From contig JAVZCB010000001.1 in the NCBI GenBank assembly GCA_038874595.1, forward strand, positions 161,052 through 225,051: a stretch of 64,000 nt of DNA, in the 5' to 3' direction. The translations under genes were made by a program, and so were the position numbers. Positions 8,439 through 18,133 of this stretch are shown here, piece after piece. Position 1 is the stretch's first letter. Every line of letters begins with the position of its first letter. The stretch is from Candidatus Micrarchaeia archaeon. GTDB lineage: Archaea; Micrarchaeota; Micrarchaeia; CAILAH01. The notes below the pieces were generated by a model that saw nothing but the letters and a program-made list of their open reading frames with translations, did no database searches and was not told the DNA's origin.

Positions 8439-9863
8439 TTACTCGTAAAGTGCCTGCATCTTCCATCTGCCTTTTTTGATTGCAATCTCCGAAAGCTTTG
8501 CAGAATTTTTCTCGGCTTCTTGAATTTCTTTTAAAACGCGGCGCGGGCTCACATACCCCCACGTTTTAAGTGCTTGTGCAAGCTCTGGATGTGTTTTTGC
8601 ATATTCTGGTGCAGGTATCCCTTTCATTACGGCATCTACTGCTTGCCTCATTGACATTGCACCTTTTCTGGTGCCCCCAGGGTGCCCGTGTACACCAGCA
8701 CCTGCCTGCAGATTTGTATCTTTCCCATGGAGCGCCACCACAGCATCAACCATAGCAGCATTCAAGCCCCCAGATGCGATGCTTAGCATTGGGTTAATAC
8801 GAGGGACGAATTCCATCGCAAGCGAACCTAAATACATCTTCTCCTCAATTCTAAACTGGTCGGCAATTTCGTGCAACCGCTTTATCATAAGGGGTGAGCC
8901 CTCCATTTTACCGACACCCGTTCCTATGTGCAGCTGGTCAATTCCAAGCAGCCTGTAAAACTTTTCATACACCTGGAAATTAATACCGTAATTGCCTCTG
9001 TTTGCAGCAGCGTATCCAGCACGGTGCCCGTGTGTTGCAAACCCATATTTCTTTGTTAGTTCAAGAATATCCTGCAGTGCACTCATTCCCATAACATATA
9101 CATCCAGCATTACAAGCACGTTTCTCTGCAAGCCCATATCCTTAAGATAGTCAATACGCTCAACCATTCGCGAGTACCTGTCAGTGACATTACAGGAGTA
9201 CAAATGGTTCTGGTTCGTCTCATTGCCAGCCTTCTCAATTGATCTAACAGTCTCGTGCAGCCTGTCTTTCCACTTGCAGAAATCCTGGTCTACAAGGTTC
9301 TCATCATCTTTTACTAAGTCTATCCCGCCAGCATATGCTTCGTATGCAACACGTGCCCATTCTTTTGCAGTTAATCCCACCTTCGGCTTCACAATGGTTC
9401 CTATATGAGGTCTTCTGCTTTTTAATGTCCCAGCAAGCTTTCTTATGCCATCCAGGCCGTGGATAGGCCCTGTAAATTGCCTTTGGAACTCTATGGGAAA
9501 GGATACATCAAATATGTACAACTCCTCAAGCTCTTTAAGGCCAAAAATGTTACCAAAAACAGATGCCATAAACTGCATTATGTTCTTTTTATCAAAATGC
9601 TCAAGTGGGTATGCAATTTTAATAAATCCGCTCTTTTTGTCAACCTTACCAATCCAAAATACACGTGCACGGTAGTGCTTCCACACGAAATCATTCATTG
9701 TCTTAAGCTTGGTCCAGGAACCCACACTGCTTTCTGCCGCGATTGCCTCGGCAATTTTTTCAATGCTTACCTTGCCCTTTGCCCACATCAGAACAATGAA
9801 ATCATTATCTTTGTCAGGGACATACTTGTAATCTATATAATCATACCCCCCATATGCCATCAC
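8439..9863 (-). CDS. rbcL: RuBisCO large subunit, divergent form III / form III-like
   Basis: AAESSVGSW, FGNIFG, GTIVKPKVG, DLVKDDEN, HGHRAG, QLHIGT, GKMEG, ASGG, QAGAGVHGHP. Confidence 0.92.
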   Translation of the reverse strand: MMAYGGYDYIDYKYVPDKDNDFIVLMWAKGKVSIEKIAEAIAAESSVGSWTKLKTMNDFVWKHYRARVFWIGKVDKKSGFIKIAYPLEHFDKKNIMQFMASVFGNIFGLKELEELYIFDVSFPIEFQRQFTGPIHGLDGIRKLAGTLKSRRPHIGTIVKPKVGLTAKEWARVAYEAYAGGIDLVKDDENLVDQDFCKWKDRLHETVRSIEKAGNETNQNHLYSCNVTDRYSRMVERIDYLKDMGLQRNVLVMLDVYVMGMSALQDILELTKKYGFATHGHRAGYAAANRGNYGINFQVYEKFYRLLGIDQLHIGTGVGKMEGSPLMIKRLHEIADQFRIEEKMYLGSLAMEFVPRINPMLSIASGGLNAAMVDAVVALHGKDTNLQAGAGVHGHPGGTRKGAMSMRQAVDAVMKGIPAPEYAKTHPELAQALKTWGYVSPRRVLKEIQEAEKNSAKLSEIAIKKGRWKMQALYE

Positions 9864-9926
9864 AACACCCTGCTTCTAATCGATAAGAAAGCATAAATAT
9901 GTATTGCCTTATAGCCCATTACCAGC

Positions 9927-10085
9927 TTAGCCAAATCCAAGGCCTTTTCCATATTTGCCTTTCAGGCAATTTATGCATACCCCTCCCTGTTGGTGGTGCA
10001 TACACACGATTGCACCACACAGCCGGCACGTTATACACTTTGCGCACGGCTTCCCGCAAATTGCACATATCCCATTAACTTCCAT
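9927..10085 (-). CDS. Small Cys-rich zinc-finger protein (52 aa); missed by ORF track
   Basis: MEVNGICAICGKPCAKCITCRLCGAIVCMHHQQGGVCINCLKGK...; fills the gap between the ATPase and rbcL. Confidence 0.75.
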   Translation of the reverse strand: MEVNGICAICGKPCAKCITCRLCGAIVCMHHQQGGVCINCLKGKYGKGLGFG

Positions 10086-10094
10086 ATAATCACT

Positions 10095-11177
10095 TTATTC
10101 TTTTGTGAACAGCAGCCGCCACTTCTTAGTCAGGACATACTTGTGCGGCCTGTCCAGCGTCTTTGTGCACACCGGGTTGCGTAATCCTTTCCTGAACATC
10201 ATATCAACATCTGTTTGGAGCATAAGCCTGCCAAGCTCCTTGGTAAGGCTGCCATATGAGATGCCAAGCTCTTTCTCAAGCTCCTGTGCAGTTTTAGGCT
10301 TTAGCAATGCCTTTATTATCATCTGCTGGTTGTCAGATAAGTTTCTGTATACCCAATCAATATCCTCGTCACCGTGCTCTGCAACAGGTTTCCCCGTGAG
10401 CAGGATCTCAAGGTCTGCTTTACCAAGCTCACGGTCGTACTTTTCATCAACATAATACATGGCAGCATTTTGGCAGTTGATGAGGACTTCGCGCGGTATG
10501 TTCCCGGAAATTTTTGCAATATAGTCAAGTGCCTCATCTGCAAATGGATATGTGCCACTTCCACCCACTGATTCGATTCGCTCACGCACCATATTTTTAA
10601 GGTCTTCCCTTAACGGGAGCGGGAATGGTATCTCACGCGAAACCCGGCCTTCCCTGAAAGAGCCCTTATAAATTTCATATGCTGAGAGTGGCTCAATACT
10701 GGTTGACACAATCGAAGAATGCGTCCTATCTTTTATTGTTGCAAGCAGGCTAGCCACATCTTCGCTTTTAAGCAGTCCCGCTTCATCTATCAGAAGAACA
10801 AGCGTTTTTTTGCCTATGATGGAGTTGATTTTATCGGTTATCCCTTTATTGCTTCCAACAAGCAGCTCTGAAATCCTCCAAAAGAAACCGCCTTCAGCTG
10901 CAAGCCTTTGTTTCAGGACCGTGAGAAACTCATCTTTACTTGTGATTTCCCTAAAGTCAAAAAACACAGTTGCATATTTGCTTTTAGAGAGTGTGGCATC
11001 CAGGTAGTAAAGCAGGGAAGTTTTTCCAATGCCAGCTATGCCATACGTGCTAACAACCGCGTTGGATTCAACATGTTTGCTCACTTCAGCTGCAAGCCGC
11101 TCAAAAACAAAAAAATCTGCACTAGGCCGGTAATCGAACGGATTCGCCCTCCAGCCTAGTGTGTGGTACCATGGCAT
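10095..11177 (-). CDS. AAA+ ATPase (ExeA/Cdc6-like) with C-terminal wHTH
   Basis: N-terminal LGWRANPF; Walker A GIAGIGKT; Walker B LLIDEA; SGNIPR sensor; C-terminal helix-turn-helix. Confidence 0.8.
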   Translation of the reverse strand: MPWYHTLGWRANPFDYRPSADFFVFERLAAEVSKHVESNAVVSTYGIAGIGKTSLLYYLDATLSKSKYATVFFDFREITSKDEFLTVLKQRLAAEGGFFWRISELLVGSNKGITDKINSIIGKKTLVLLIDEAGLLKSEDVASLLATIKDRTHSSIVSTSIEPLSAYEIYKGSFREGRVSREIPFPLPLREDLKNMVRERIESVGGSGTYPFADEALDYIAKISGNIPREVLINCQNAAMYYVDEKYDRELGKADLEILLTGKPVAEHGDEDIDWVYRNLSDNQQMIIKALLKPKTAQELEKELGISYGSLTKELGRLMLQTDVDMMFRKGLRNPVCTKTLDRPHKYVLTKKWRLLFTKE

Positions 11178-11198
11178 ATAAATTAACCTGCTAAGGCA

Positions 11199-11348
11199 TC
11201 AGAACATCGAAGGTAACGTTGCCAACCCCCGCTTGACAACGTGTTTTCTAACGTTTATTATTACATCGTTGCCCCTTCCTTTCATTACGACCTCGACATT
11301 TTCAGGAACCTTCTTGAGAAGGTCTACATACCTCATGTTTATGCCCAT
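11199..11348 (-). CDS. Putative small protein (49 aa); missed by ORF track
   Basis: MGINMRYVDLLKKVPENVEVVMKGRGNDVIINVRK...; GAGGTG RBS upstream; co-oriented with the ATPase. Confidence 0.45.
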   Translation of the reverse strand: MGINMRYVDLLKKVPENVEVVMKGRGNDVIINVRKHVVKRGLATLPSMF

Positions 11349-11564
11349 AGGAGCACCTCTTGTTCGGCAAATATATGTGCGCCATTATTTATAAACTTAT
11401 GCCTGATTTGCCGAACTCAATTGTCGTAATACATCTGAGCCAATAACCCTTTACCTTATAGGAACAAACGGAAACCTACCACCAAAACGGCAATATTTAT
11501 TTGAAAACCAATTACTATTGAATTGGAGCATTGCCTGCGGTAGCGGGTAACAGGAGTGGTGGCT

Positions 11565-11834
11565 ATGATAGAGGATGAGCTTATCCATTGGTGGAAAGAT
11601 GATGCAGGGGAGCAGCACAGGACAATATTGCGCCTTGAGAGTGAGGAGCCACAAATCGCCAGTAATTTTCCACGTGATGGGAAAGTTGTTGTGCGCCTGA
11701 TAAATACGGTGAGCTCACAGGCGATTAAGCTCAGCCCGGAAGAAGCGCTTAGGGTTAGCACACAGATGATGAGTATTGCAAAGGAGCTATTGAATCAAAA
11801 AAGGGACCTTTGGAAACGCATTGATGATGCATAA
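11565..11834 (+). CDS. Hypothetical protein
   Basis: Compact ORF after GGAGTGGTG RBS-like sequence. Confidence 0.65.
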   Translation: MIEDELIHWWKDDAGEQHRTILRLESEEPQIASNFPRDGKVVVRLINTVSSQAIKLSPEEALRVSTQMMSIAKELLNQKRDLWKRIDDA

Positions 11835-11906
11835 GGGAACTCAAGTGCATTTTAGAGATAGCAAAACACTCCCTGCTTTTAATTATTCTTTGCTAAAAAT
11901 ATAAAC

Positions 11907-14513
11907 ATGCATTTAGATAAGATGCAGAGCGGGCTTACAACAGCTCAAGCGAAAGAGCTACTTAGCAAATACGGCCCGAATGAGCTTGTAAAGCCTGAAG
12001 AAAACAAAGACCTTAAGATTCTACTCAGGCAGATAACCCAGAACCCAATCATATACATTCTCTGCGCGGCTGCAGTCATATCTTATTTTTCTGAGGAGTT
12101 CATAAACACTTATATAATTCTCTTTGTTATTGCGTATGTAATCATCCTTGGGTTTTATCAGGAACGGAAAGCTGATAAGGCGATGGCTGCCCTTAAGGCA
12201 ATGATAAAACCTGAAACGAGGGTATTGCGTGATGGGAAAGTAACCACTGTAGAAGTGAGGGAAATTGTGCCTGGTGATGTTCTTGTTTTGGAAATGGGCG
12301 ATAACATTGGGGCAGATGCGCGCGTATTCAATTCCCTTGGGTTGAGGGTAGATGAGGCTGCGCTTACTGGTGAATCCGTACCAGTAAACAAATCTGATGG
12401 TGATATGATTTATGCAGGCACACAGGTTGTTTATGGCAAATGCTATGCAGTTGTTGAGAGGACAGGTATGGCCACCCGTCTTGGTGAGATTGCCAAATTA
12501 ATAGAGGCACACGAAGAAGAGACACCGCTTCAAGCTAAGATTAACGTGCTCGTAAGGAAGTTTGCGCTGTTTACGCTTGCACTAATGGCCCTAATGTTTA
12601 TCATCGGGCTTTTAACCCCAGGTACAAGCATTTCACATTTGCTTGTGCTTACGCTTGCGCTTGCGGTTGCCTCTGTCCCTGAAGGGCTTCCCCTGGTGCT
12701 TACAACTACATTGGCTCTTGGTATGAACTGGCTTGCAAAAAGAAACGCTATTGTGAGGCGGCTTTCAGCCGTTGAGACACTCGGTTCCGTTACGGTGATA
12801 TGCACAGATAAGACAGGGACAATGACAAAGAATGAGATGGTTGTGGAGAAGGTGTTTTTTGACGGCAAGCTGTATGATGTCAGCGGGTCCGGTTATGAGC
12901 CGGTTGGAAAAATTATGCTTAACGGAAAAAAAGTGACAAATAGCGCACTTAACCCCCTCAAGCCAATGATGCGTGCCGCAGTGCTCTGCAATAACAGCAA
13001 TATAGAGAAAAAGGATGGCAAGTGGCGCGTTGTTGGTGACCCTACTGAAGGTGCGCTGATTTCACTTGCTGCCAAGTGCGGAATTTTCAAGGCCGAGCTT
13101 GATAAAAAGTACCCAAAAATCAAGGAGAATTTCTTCACTTCTGAGCGTAAGATGATGAGCACAATGCATAAAGTGGATGGCAAAACTGTTGCTTATGTCA
13201 AAGGCGCACCAGAGGTGCTGTTATCAAAGAGTACACACATTGTGCGCAACGGTAAGGTCAGAAAGATCACAAGCACAGATATGTATGAGATAAGGAAAAC
13301 GCTTGATGAATTTGGCAAAAGCTCACTGCGTGTCCTTGGGCTTGCATACAAGGAAGTTAAGAGGGCAGAGCATTCCTGTGATATTGAGACCAATCTCATA
13401 TTCTACGGGCTTGTTGGAATGGCTGACCCGCTCAGGGAAGGCGTTGTTGAATCGGTTGCTGCGTGCAAGGAGGGGGGAATACGTGTGATGATGATTACAG
13501 GTGATAACCCTGAAACTGCCCGCACAGTCGCTATAAAGGCAGGGATTATTACACCTGAGTCCAGGGTTGTCACTGGCGCTGAGCTGGACAAGATGAGCGA
13601 TGATGAGCTTGTGCAGGTCGTTCGCGAGGTTAATGTATATGCCAGAACATATCCAGAACACAAGCTGAAAATAGTTGAAGTGCTGCGTGCCGATAATAAT
13701 ATAGTTGCGATGACAGGAGATGGTGTTAACGATGCACCTGCGCTTAAGAAGGCAGATATAGGGGTAGCGATGGGGATAAAGGGCACGGATGTGTCAAAAG
13801 AGGCAAGTGATGTTGTGCTTACTGATGATAATTTTGTTACACTTGTTGAGGCTATAAGGGGCGGGCGCAGCATATTTGAAAATGTGCAGAAAACAACTGC
13901 CTTTATTGTTTCCAGGAATTACGCAATGGTTTTCCTTCTGCTTATAGCAACAGTCCTGGTAGGTGTTGAGTATTCTCCACTTCTGGCGCTTCAGATTTTA
14001 TTCATAAACCTGATCGATGAGGAGATTCCTGCGGTTGTGCTCTCGCTTGACCCGCCAAGAAAAGGAATAATGCAAGCAAAGCCAAGAAACCCTAAGGAAG
14101 GGCTATTGCCACCTCGCCTGCTCGTGCTCATGTTTAGCCTTGCAATATTCACGGCATTCATAATATATGCGGTGTTTGCCTACTATGACCCGATAAACAA
14201 CCTAGATATTGCGCGCACAACAGCGTTTGGGGCAGTTGTCCTTACTGTTATATTCAATGCGGCTAGTTTCAAATCACTTCACGAGCCACTTTCGATAGGA
14301 GATATCTTATCAAGCAAACTTCTACTTCTATCACTTGTGTTTTCACTGCTTGCAGCTGGGCTGATAGTATACACCCCAACTTTGCAAGGCCTTTTTAGTA
14401 CGGTTGCATTGCCACTTGAAAACCTTGCGGTAATTCTCTTTGTAGGCATTGCAACAATGGTGTTTATGGAATGCGGGAAATTCATACTAAAAACAGGCAC
14501 GCAATTAAATTAG
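11907..14513 (+). CDS. Cation-transporting P-type ATPase (type IIA, Ca2+-like)
   Basis: TGES, PEGL, DKTGT, KGAPE, TGDN, GDGVNDAP motifs. Confidence 0.95.
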   Translation: MHLDKMQSGLTTAQAKELLSKYGPNELVKPEENKDLKILLRQITQNPIIYILCAAAVISYFSEEFINTYIILFVIAYVIILGFYQERKADKAMAALKAMIKPETRVLRDGKVTTVEVREIVPGDVLVLEMGDNIGADARVFNSLGLRVDEAALTGESVPVNKSDGDMIYAGTQVVYGKCYAVVERTGMATRLGEIAKLIEAHEEETPLQAKINVLVRKFALFTLALMALMFIIGLLTPGTSISHLLVLTLALAVASVPEGLPLVLTTTLALGMNWLAKRNAIVRRLSAVETLGSVTVICTDKTGTMTKNEMVVEKVFFDGKLYDVSGSGYEPVGKIMLNGKKVTNSALNPLKPMMRAAVLCNNSNIEKKDGKWRVVGDPTEGALISLAAKCGIFKAELDKKYPKIKENFFTSERKMMSTMHKVDGKTVAYVKGAPEVLLSKSTHIVRNGKVRKITSTDMYEIRKTLDEFGKSSLRVLGLAYKEVKRAEHSCDIETNLIFYGLVGMADPLREGVVESVAACKEGGIRVMMITGDNPETARTVAIKAGIITPESRVVTGAELDKMSDDELVQVVREVNVYARTYPEHKLKIVEVLRADNNIVAMTGDGVNDAPALKKADIGVAMGIKGTDVSKEASDVVLTDDNFVTLVEAIRGGRSIFENVQKTTAFIVSRNYAMVFLLLIATVLVGVEYSPLLALQILFINLIDEEIPAVVLSLDPPRKGIMQAKPRNPKEGLLPPRLLVLMFSLAIFTAFIIYAVFAYYDPINNLDIARTTAFGAVVLTVIFNAASFKSLHEPLSIGDILSSKLLLLSLVFSLLAAGLIVYTPTLQGLFSTVALPLENLAVILFVGIATMVFMECGKFILKTGTQLN

Positions 14514-14567
14514 CTTAGTGCTTTTTTTACTTTTGAGAAGCCCTTATCAATCTGAAGACCAAATCAG

Positions 14568-16139
14568 TTAGTGTTTTTTTATTAAGCCCGCTAGTCTTTT
14601 TAGCATCCAAATAATCCATAACCTAGCAGCACTCGTTTTCTGTTTCTGTCTTTTTCTGGCTGCCTTATCAAATGCAAATATAACCTCCGCCAAATTACGT
14701 CTATTTTTTTGTGGGTAGGCTGCCCTCAAATTACACTTGTTTTGAGAATTATGTGTGTTTCCTGCGTCATAACCACCCTTTTCTTTGTGCAGCCTACGGC
14801 TTGTCGAACTCTTACAGCCCAGTTCGGCAATTATTCTTTTTATGAGGTATAGCTGCGTTTTAGTTGCATCTGCACGGCCATGGCACATTAATTTACTTTT
14901 ATTACTCCCGTGTTTGCCCGAAACAGCGTGCAACGATTCAGTTGTTAACCTCATCAAAACTCTTTCAAGAGGTTTTGGTAATGGGCGCGCACGCGCCTTT
15001 ACTGCTGGGCTATTAATCTCTCTTTTTAGGATGATTGGCCCTTTTGTCGAACTATAAGATTGTTGTTCGGCAGGATATATTTCTCTTTGTTTTGCAAGCA
15101 AAGGTTTATTATGTGCTACAAACGAACGCTTACCAAGTATAGAAATGCGATTGCTTATATCCAGAGCATATGTATTATTGGTCGTATCTCTTTTAGATTT
15201 TATAACGCGGATCGTGTTACAAGCAGTATCCTTATGTTCTACATTTGGGTGCTGCTGAGCTTCAACATAATTATTCATTAATGCAAAATCGCGGATTTTC
15301 TCGCTTGAGCTTGCATTATGCTCTTGCGGCCGTGCCTTATTCTCAATCAAGCAAATCTGCGTTGTACTACCATCAACTTTAGGAGTTTGATTGCCCAAAG
15401 CCCTGATAACCAATAAGCCTTTTTGTGAAGTATTTTCAAGTGTGCCTGTTATGATTTCATTTCCACACATACTTTCCAGTTTGTTATTGGGCTTTGGTAT
15501 CCTACAAGTAGTATCTTCCTTCAACAATCTTGGCAAGCCAGCGGTCCCACAGCATAAGCCAGCAAACACAAGGCCGCTACCTATACTGGCAGTACCATCA
15601 ACTGGAAAATGCATTATCTCATGCGATGAAAATGTAATATTTAAGCAATCTCTCATAGACTTATCAAAAGGTGAGGTGCACGATGCACACAGCTGGTTGT
15701 CCTCAGTTTTCTTTGGTTTAAGCAGGTTTCCCAGGAGTAGCTTGACTTTGAGCATGAGCGGTACTCTTATATCATCAAGAAAAGGGTCATACTGCATTCT
15801 CAGCTCAAATTCGCTTGTCACCGCAATGTTTTGAAACCCAAGAAAGAAAGGGCTTGAGCTTGCAGCAACGTACGGAAGCATATTGTTTATGTATCCCTGA
15901 ATGCCCCCGTTTGTATCCTCACGTATTCTGATACGTTTACCTGATATGCTAGTTATCCACGTGCCAAACTCATTGCTTTTCAGAGTGACATCAAAATTCC
16001 TTGATATGAGGTCCAGGAGGTTTTCCCCGTACTTTGCATATAACGTATAATGCTCCGTAAATCCCAGTTTATCCCTGAGTAGCAGCTTTATTGGAATCCT
16101 TCTGCCCGTTTGTGGCTGTGATGCTAGTGAACTCTTCAT
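14568..16139 (-). CDS. Hypothetical protein, DUF4430-like N-terminus plus disordered basic tail
   Basis: NLLDLI...FGTWITSISG...GYINN resembles DUF4430; the remainder is low-conservation and Lys/Arg-rich. Confidence 0.45.
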   Translation of the reverse strand: MKSSLASQPQTGRRIPIKLLLRDKLGFTEHYTLYAKYGENLLDLISRNFDVTLKSNEFGTWITSISGKRIRIREDTNGGIQGYINNMLPYVAASSSPFFLGFQNIAVTSEFELRMQYDPFLDDIRVPLMLKVKLLLGNLLKPKKTEDNQLCASCTSPFDKSMRDCLNITFSSHEIMHFPVDGTASIGSGLVFAGLCCGTAGLPRLLKEDTTCRIPKPNNKLESMCGNEIITGTLENTSQKGLLVIRALGNQTPKVDGSTTQICLIENKARPQEHNASSSEKIRDFALMNNYVEAQQHPNVEHKDTACNTIRVIKSKRDTTNNTYALDISNRISILGKRSFVAHNKPLLAKQREIYPAEQQSYSSTKGPIILKREINSPAVKARARPLPKPLERVLMRLTTESLHAVSGKHGSNKSKLMCHGRADATKTQLYLIKRIIAELGCKSSTSRRLHKEKGGYDAGNTHNSQNKCNLRAAYPQKNRRNLAEVIFAFDKAARKRQKQKTSAARLWIIWMLKRLAGLIKKH

Positions 16140-16193
16140 TTGCCCTATTCAGCAATTAAATTGTTATAAGCTTGCTTATAGTTATAATCAAGT

Positions 16194-16631
16194 ATGGATG
16201 AAGAGCGGTCCGCGGGAGCTGTTATTTTTTACAGGAATCCCCGGGATGGTAATATAGAATACCTGCTGCTTCATTATGAGGAGGGGCACTGGGATTTTCC
16301 AAAAGGGCATATAGAAAAAGGTGAAAAGCCGCTTGATACAATGTTCCGTGAGGTCAAAGAAGAGACCGGCCTTGATGTTGAGCCAGTGTTTGGGTTTGTG
16401 GAAAAGATAGATTATGTTTTCAGGGCGCGCTATGATAATGGTAACTTGAAACACAAAGTTGTCGAGTATTTTCTTGCCTCAGCACCAAAAAAGAAAGTTT
16501 CCCTGTCCAACGAGCATATTGATTATAAATGGTTACCTTATGAACTGGCACTTAAACAACTTACACACGATAACTCGCGCAAGGTGCTTAGGGCCGCTGA
16601 TACATTTTTAAGGTCTATTTACAACAAATAA
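16194..16631 (+). CDS. NUDIX hydrolase, asymmetric Ap4A hydrolase-like
   Basis: SAGAVIF, WDFPKGHIEKGE..REVKEETG, LSNEH. Confidence 0.9.
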   Translation: MDEERSAGAVIFYRNPRDGNIEYLLLHYEEGHWDFPKGHIEKGEKPLDTMFREVKEETGLDVEPVFGFVEKIDYVFRARYDNGNLKHKVVEYFLASAPKKKVSLSNEHIDYKWLPYELALKQLTHDNSRKVLRAADTFLRSIYNK

Positions 16632-16646
16632 GCACGGTGTTTTATT

Positions 16647-16964
16647 ATGGTCGATGAGCTCAATTCACAGAGTTTTGATACTGCAATAAAAGATGGGAAA
16701 TTTGTGCTTGTAGATTTTTGGGCACCCTGGTGTGGCCCATGCAGGGCAGTTGCACCGATAGTTGAAAAGATTGCAGAGATATATTCAGGCAAACTCAAAG
16801 TATACAAAGTGAATGTTGATGAGGCGCCAGAGCTCGCACAGCGTTTTGGCGTTATGGGTATACCATCTTTGATGCTGTTTAAAGATGGCCAGCTTAAAGA
16901 TAAGATAGTAGGTGCAATGCCTCTTGAAGGCCTAAGGAAGTTCATTGACAAGAATCTACAATAG
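16647..16964 (+). CDS. trxA: Thioredoxin
   Basis: DFWAPWCGPC; GIPSL. Confidence 0.97.
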   Translation: MVDELNSQSFDTAIKDGKFVLVDFWAPWCGPCRAVAPIVEKIAEIYSGKLKVYKVNVDEAPELAQRFGVMGIPSLMLFKDGQLKDKIVGAMPLEGLRKFIDKNLQ

Positions 16965-17011
16965 GGCGGATTTGAAAATGTTTATAAATATGTACAGTTC
17001 CTTTTACCCGC

Positions 17012-17596
17012 ATGGTTGAAAGTAACACCAAAAAGCCAGGATTGCTTGCAAAGCTGAAGAAGCTCTTTGCTAGGGATGATGCAAAAGAGGCCAGTGGCGC
17101 GGCAAGCGACCGCACCAAAACACTTAATCAAATGAAAGCAGATGCTGACACGCTTATACAGAAAAGACAAACCGATGTAGAAGAGGCATATAATACCGTG
17201 CCTTCCTCAATCAATAGTAAGGATTCCTGGGGTAGATCCTTCTCAGGCATTCATGAGATATATAGAAAGCACACCCCTTTTGGTATAGTTAAGACTAACG
17301 GCAGGGAGATTGAGATAGAGCATTTTGACTTGAGCCTGCTTGAATTGATCAAGCAACATAAATTGATACCGCTGTTCGAAAACATAAATAATCATTCGAT
17401 AATTGGGTATTACGAAATAAACATTGCAACTTTACGGGTCTCTAATGCGCACAAATTTACAAAAGAGGGTAAGGAACACGCGTTTGGTATCCTGCGCGCA
17501 AGCATAAGCAAGAGCGCTTATGAAGGTAGAATGTCTGAAAAGGACCTTCTCGAAATAGATACGCTCATGCTGAAGCTTGAAAAATACAAAAAATAG
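17012..17596 (+). CDS. Hypothetical protein
   Basis: 194-aa ORF, no recognised motif. Confidence 0.55.
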   Translation: MVESNTKKPGLLAKLKKLFARDDAKEASGAASDRTKTLNQMKADADTLIQKRQTDVEEAYNTVPSSINSKDSWGRSFSGIHEIYRKHTPFGIVKTNGREIEIEHFDLSLLELIKQHKLIPLFENINNHSIIGYYEINIATLRVSNAHKFTKEGKEHAFGILRASISKSAYEGRMSEKDLLEIDTLMLKLEKYKK

Positions 17597-17608
17597 TTTT
17601 TTTATCTT

Positions 17609-18091
17609 TTATTGCTTATTTTCTGACAGCATAACGGCAATCTCCTTTAAAGGTCCTTCGCATTTTGACAGTAGGTATTTCTGGTCAATGTCATTGTTCT
17701 TAATATCTTTTATATCAAGGTCAGTAAATGCACATATCCCATCTGCACCCTCCAGGCCCTGTGCAAACATTTGATATTGTGGTGGGAGCTGTGAGGTATC
17801 AATACTAACCACTTTTAAGTAAACTATGCACTCATCATTTACCGAGCGCCCTCTTATTTCTGCATGTACCTGTGTCCCGTTAATTACAGTGTCAAACTGC
17901 GACGGCACACATTCACCAAAATTGTTATTCATACACTCTATTGAATTGCACACCTCAAATTGTGCCGGGTTCTTTAATTGATACCTTTGATTTCCAAACC
18001 CGGCTTCCTGCCATCCATTGCCGCATATCCCACACATACCTACCAGAAGCAGTAAAGGAATTGCTATAATTGCCTTTTCCATATGATTCAA
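17609..18091 (-). CDS. Secreted/lipoprotein-like hypothetical protein with cysteines
   Basis: Hydrophobic N-terminus ending LVGMCG; several Cys. Confidence 0.6.
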   Translation of the reverse strand: MNHMEKAIIAIPLLLLVGMCGICGNGWQEAGFGNQRYQLKNPAQFEVCNSIECMNNNFGECVPSQFDTVINGTQVHAEIRGRSVNDECIVYLKVVSIDTSQLPPQYQMFAQGLEGADGICAFTDLDIKDIKNNDIDQKYLLSKCEGPLKEIAVMLSENKQ

Positions 18092-18133
18092 TTTTACGTT
18101 AAAGCTTAAATGCTTGCAGTTCTCAATAGCACC

